DNA from: a virus
Direction: 5' to 3' (one strand)
Virus record (IMG/VR): IMGVR_UViG_3300029349_000001
Span: 32,001-96,000 of that record
Length of the DNA: 64,000 nucleotides
Shown here: positions 60,622-64,000 of the stretch, piece by piece
Numbering within the stretch: position 1 is the stretch's first letter
Layout: the number at the start of each line of letters is the position of its first letter
Translations under genes and position numbers: made by a program
The notes under the pieces: model-generated
The model's database searches: none
What the model was told of the DNA's origin: nothing
What the model saw: only the letters and a program-made list of their open reading frames with translations

Positions 60622-60796
60622 TTACTTGTACCGTTGTATCCTCTGTAAAAAATGACTTAACTGACGAGTTATTTACTTCTTGAGCATTGATAGACTTGCA
60701 GCAACTTACCCTTACTGTTTCTATCTTAACATATTCCATTCCATTGACAAAAAATCTATCATTAACACCAAGTTCATTAAATTTCTTATCTACCAT
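60614..60796 (-). CDS. 60-aa hypothetical protein
   Basis: Fills the gap between dnaE-N and the exonuclease; GGAG RBS. Confidence 0.65.
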   Translation of the reverse strand: MVDKKFNELGVNDRFFVNGMEYVKIETVRVSCCKSINAQEVNNSSVKSFFTEDTTVQVNA

Positions 60797-60798
60797 GA

Positions 60799-62695
60799 TT
60801 ATTCTCCATTTTTAAGAAAGTCAGATATCGTCATAATTTTATCTAACATGGCTACGCCAAGGATATCAAACTTAATCCCACCTATCGCTTCTAGGTCTTG
60901 CATTTCCATACCAGCAATAGTTTGTTTATTTTTTGTGTCATAAACCATAGGACACATATCTGATAATCCTTGACTACTGATTAGTACACCAGCCGCATGT
61001 TTCGATTGATTAGACTTAGTTCCTTCCAGACGAATGGCTTGTTCAAACCTTTTGGCTAGAGGACCGGCCAACTCTCCGTCTTCATTAATATAGCACCACT
61101 CCTTGAGTTTGTCAACATTGTTTTCTAAGGCCCAGCGGATTATGGAAGATTCGCCAGTATCATCTTTCATTTCTTGGAGTTCGTCGGCAATTTTTGCTTC
61201 GTCGGGAATATGTTTGGTAATACGATTCATTTCTTCGAAGCTAATATTATCATATGCCCTAAGTACGTCTTTTAAGGCGCCTCGACCTTTCATAGTATTG
61301 AATGTAATCATTTGAGATACCTTATCTCTACCATACTTATTCTTGATATAGTCGATTACTTGTTCTCTCTTATTAATTGGTACGTCTATATCAATATCTG
61401 GCATACTTATTCTATCTTTAGTATTTCTTCCAGCGTTATAGAATCGTTCAAATAATAGATTATATTTAAGCGGATCTATGCTAGTAATACCAATTAAATA
61501 AGATACTAAACAGCCAGCAGCACTACCTCTGCCGGGACCGGGTAACCATCCTTCGTTTCGTACATATTGTACAATATCTTGCACTATCAAAAAGTAACTA
61601 GACAGACCCGCACCCTGTAGAACATCAAGTTCAGATTTTATTCTATCTACATATTTCTGCTGTTCTTCTGTGCTGATATTATTCTGTATTTTTTCTTTCC
61701 ATCCATTTCTACATAATTGTCTCAAGTATTCGTCGGGATTGTAACCCTTCGGACAATCAAAGGATGGCAAATGTGGCTTGTCTAAGATGTCATATTCTTC
61801 GCACATCTCAGCGACTATATTAGTATTCTCTATTTCTGTTTCATTGTGCAAAGCGGATATTTCTTCTTGAGAGGGTATGTGATAGTTGTCCGATAAAAAG
61901 AAGCAATCCATGCCAATTGATTCTTGATTTTGTATTTTGCTATTAATTTTACTCAAAGTTGTTTTGAGATTATTACATAACAAAATCCTCTGATCCATAG
62001 CATCTTCTTTTTCTGCGTAATGAGCATCAGGAGTACATATAACCTTTGTGTTGGTTGACTTCCCTAAATCTCTAATAGCGCCAGTTAAACTAGCCTGTAA
62101 TGCTATATTTTCCTGGTCCATAAGTTGAGCTTCTAGAAATACATTTTCATTACCAAAAATATCTTTAATATTATGGATAAAGTTCGTCCCAAGATTCATA
62201 TAGTCTTTTTTGATTGTATTATTGTCGGTAATAATATTTGCTAGAGTAGAACCTAAGTGTCCTACTACAGCAATCATATTTCCGGTCTCGACTATTGATC
62301 TAAGGGTTTCTATGTCTAGTCTTGGCTTATGATAAAAATATTCTGGCTTATTAGATTCGGAGACTATTCGAATTAAATTCTTCCAGCCCTTATAGTTTTT
62401 AGCAAGTACTATAAAGTGCGATAGTTTGCGATTAGAGGGTTCTTGTATAGACGGATTCTGATCGCATATATAGAGTTCACAACCCAATATAGGCTTGATG
62501 CCCTTCTTGGTCATGTCACTATAGAATTTGACCGCACCGGCAATGTTACCATGATCGGTTAATGCACAAGACTTTGCTTCTATCTTTATGCATCTATTTG
62601 CAATTTGTTGAGTTTTACTTAGTCCATCCAATAGAGAATAGTGTGATTCTCTAAGAATGGACGTGTAAAGGAACATATTTCCTATTCACGCCCAT
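60799..62695 (-). CDS. dnaE: DNA polymerase III alpha, N-terminal piece (PHP + catalytic palm); true start probably 62695 with a 10-nt coding gap at 62653-62644
   Basis: HYSLLDG, ALTDHG, KPILGCE, DAHY, GPGRGSAAG, FERF, PDIDID, HAAG, KFDILG; YVPLHVHS is in a different frame directly behind an AAGGAG RBS. Confidence 0.9.
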
Positions 62696-62711
62696 CTATT
62701 TTGTCTCCTTA

Positions 62712-63755
62712 TTAAGTGGTGCTTCCTGGAGCCTTATATTGTCCAAATGCATGGTTCTTATTTTTATACTGGTTTGTTACAGTATTGATTCCGTACAGTT
62801 CTATTTCATGTTTAATTTGTTCACATTTGGTCATAGTGGAACCAGTACCACAAGTCTGACCATCTCTATATTCTGTTAGTGGCTGCACATGCGTATTGTC
62901 AAATGTGGTTTTGCCAAAATGACATAACTTGTTACACATCCAGCTTTTATTTAATTTGGGGCGTTTTGATTTTTTGATTATTTCAAATTTGTGTCTCAAC
63001 ATATTCTCAGTTTCGGCCAAGTCTTTTTTATCAAAACAGATGGAAAATGGACCGCCATCATTAATAAAATATATGGAAAAAATGATATGATCTATATGTG
63101 GATATAGATGACTAATAGCATAATGATATATTCTTAACTGAGGATCTCTTTCTAGCTTTTCTTGTGTCTTTTCTTCGCCGGTAGCCCAGTCTAATCGCCT
63201 GCCGGTCTTCCAGTCGATCACTTCTATGGTATTATCGTTGATCAGCGTGATCAAGTCAATAGTACCTTTTAGTGCAAGATTGCCCGAAATCTTACCGTCT
63301 GCCGTATCATATTCATAGGCAGACCACGGCTTCTTAATCTCGAAATCAAAGTGTTGTTCTGGACAAAGAATATTTCTTTTTCTTGGATCAAACATACCAT
63401 CATTAAATTCTATCGCTTTATAGACCCAATTATGGCAGTCTTTATAGTCTTTCAACGACCACTTATGATGTGGACTGTGAGTGGAATAGTAATTATATAC
63501 TTTTTCGATAATAGTATTTAAAGAGTAATTATTTACATCTAATTCGCCAACCACATCATCGATGACAATATTTTGATTATCTTGTTGTGCCTTTTTAATT
63601 ACAGCTAATATTTCTAGCACCTTGTGCGTAATAGTGCCTTTATCAGCCTTTTGTCCAGAAGGAGATCTCCAGCCTAGCACGTATTCTAAGTAATATTGTT
63701 GCTCGCACATTGAGTGCGTATTAAAGCTAGAAGATCTAAAATAAGTAATAATCAT
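62712..63755 (-). CDS. PD-(D/E)xK nuclease (RecB/AddB/Cas4-like)
   Basis: S.S....C...Y, GT..H..LE, GTIDL...IDWKTG, QL..Y, C-terminal CNKLC...C. Confidence 0.8.
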   Translation of the reverse strand: MIITYFRSSSFNTHSMCEQQYYLEYVLGWRSPSGQKADKGTITHKVLEILAVIKKAQQDNQNIVIDDVVGELDVNNYSLNTIIEKVYNYYSTHSPHHKWSLKDYKDCHNWVYKAIEFNDGMFDPRKRNILCPEQHFDFEIKKPWSAYEYDTADGKISGNLALKGTIDLITLINDNTIEVIDWKTGRRLDWATGEEKTQEKLERDPQLRIYHYAISHLYPHIDHIIFSIYFINDGGPFSICFDKKDLAETENMLRHKFEIIKKSKRPKLNKSWMCNKLCHFGKTTFDNTHVQPLTEYRDGQTCGTGSTMTKCEQIKHEIELYGINTVTNQYKNKNHAFGQYKAPGSTT

Positions 63756-64000
63756 TTATTGCCTAAGTATAGTTTAAGAATATTTTGTAATTCAACACAC
63801 TGATCATAGATACTCATATTATCATTTTCGATGATATGATTAAAGTTTTGCCAATCGTATCGATTTTTATCTAAAATAATTTCGCTCATATGTTCCGAAT
63901 TGTCGTATTTTCGTGTGAGCCTAATAACCACGCCATTATACTGCTTAATAGCATCTACTTCGTTCGGAAACCTACAGTCCGTAATAATAGCTATATGTGG
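63752..64000 (-). CDS. Deoxynucleoside monophosphate kinase, C-terminal fragment (absent from the ORF track)
   Basis: Manual translation PHIAIITDCRFPNEVDAIKQYNGVVIRLTR...HMSE...IIEND; TGA overlaps the next ATG. Confidence 0.8.
   Translation of the reverse strand, partial: PHIAIITDCRFPNEVDAIKQYNGVVIRLTRKYDNSEHMSEIILDKNRYDWQNFNHIIENDNMSIYDQCVELQNILKLYLGNK

Noticed and set aside
62674-62676. ORF-track ATG as the real dnaE start
   Set aside because: It gives MFLYTSILRES without the PHP HxH ligands; the strong AAGGAG is spaced for the ATG at 62695
62712-63755. CRISPR-Cas locus suggested by the Cas4-like nuclease
   Set aside because: No repeat-spacer array or other cas genes; the context is replication/recombination
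1-64000. Genome-wide TAG or TGA reassignment
   Set aside because: Multi-kb ORFs are intact and tightly packed under the standard code; TAG readthrough would not repair the dnaE frame
1-64000. tRNA, rRNA, integrase or transposase genes
   Set aside because: Intergenic gaps are about 90 nt or less with no cloverleaf seen, and no recombinase or transposase motifs were recognised

Overview
AT-rich fragment of a large tailed dsDNA phage genome with two convergent blocks. The plus strand (1-49399) is a late/virion block: tape-measure C-terminus, then tail-fibre/adhesin-like proteins built from Ig-like, RCC1, BNR-like, YVTN, LamG, FGE-sulfatase-like and LecA-like modules joined by about 17 Pro/Thr tracts, two small tailoring enzymes, and large tail/hub-like proteins. 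The minus strand (49401-64000) carries replication/recombination genes (dNMP kinase, PD-(D/E)xK nuclease, two-piece DnaE, DEDDh exonuclease, SSB, Rad52-like annealase) and a glycosyltransferase/nucleotidyltransferase cluster. Main observations: (1) the true DnaE N-terminus (MGVNRKYVPLHVHS) lies in another frame and is cut off from HYSLLDG by a 10-nt gap that starts with TAG and forms a perfect 8-bp hairpin, a candidate programmed translational bypass; (2) four consecutive adhesin genes (5994 aa in total) break inside domains at all three junctions, and a further module appears split between genes 22 kb apart, suggesting fibres assembled by trans domain complementation; (3) circularly permuted FGE-like domains and nested domain insertions; (4) a repeated GGTGTA-N5-TA putative late promoter. 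All domain calls come from motif recognition by eye, not from database searches.
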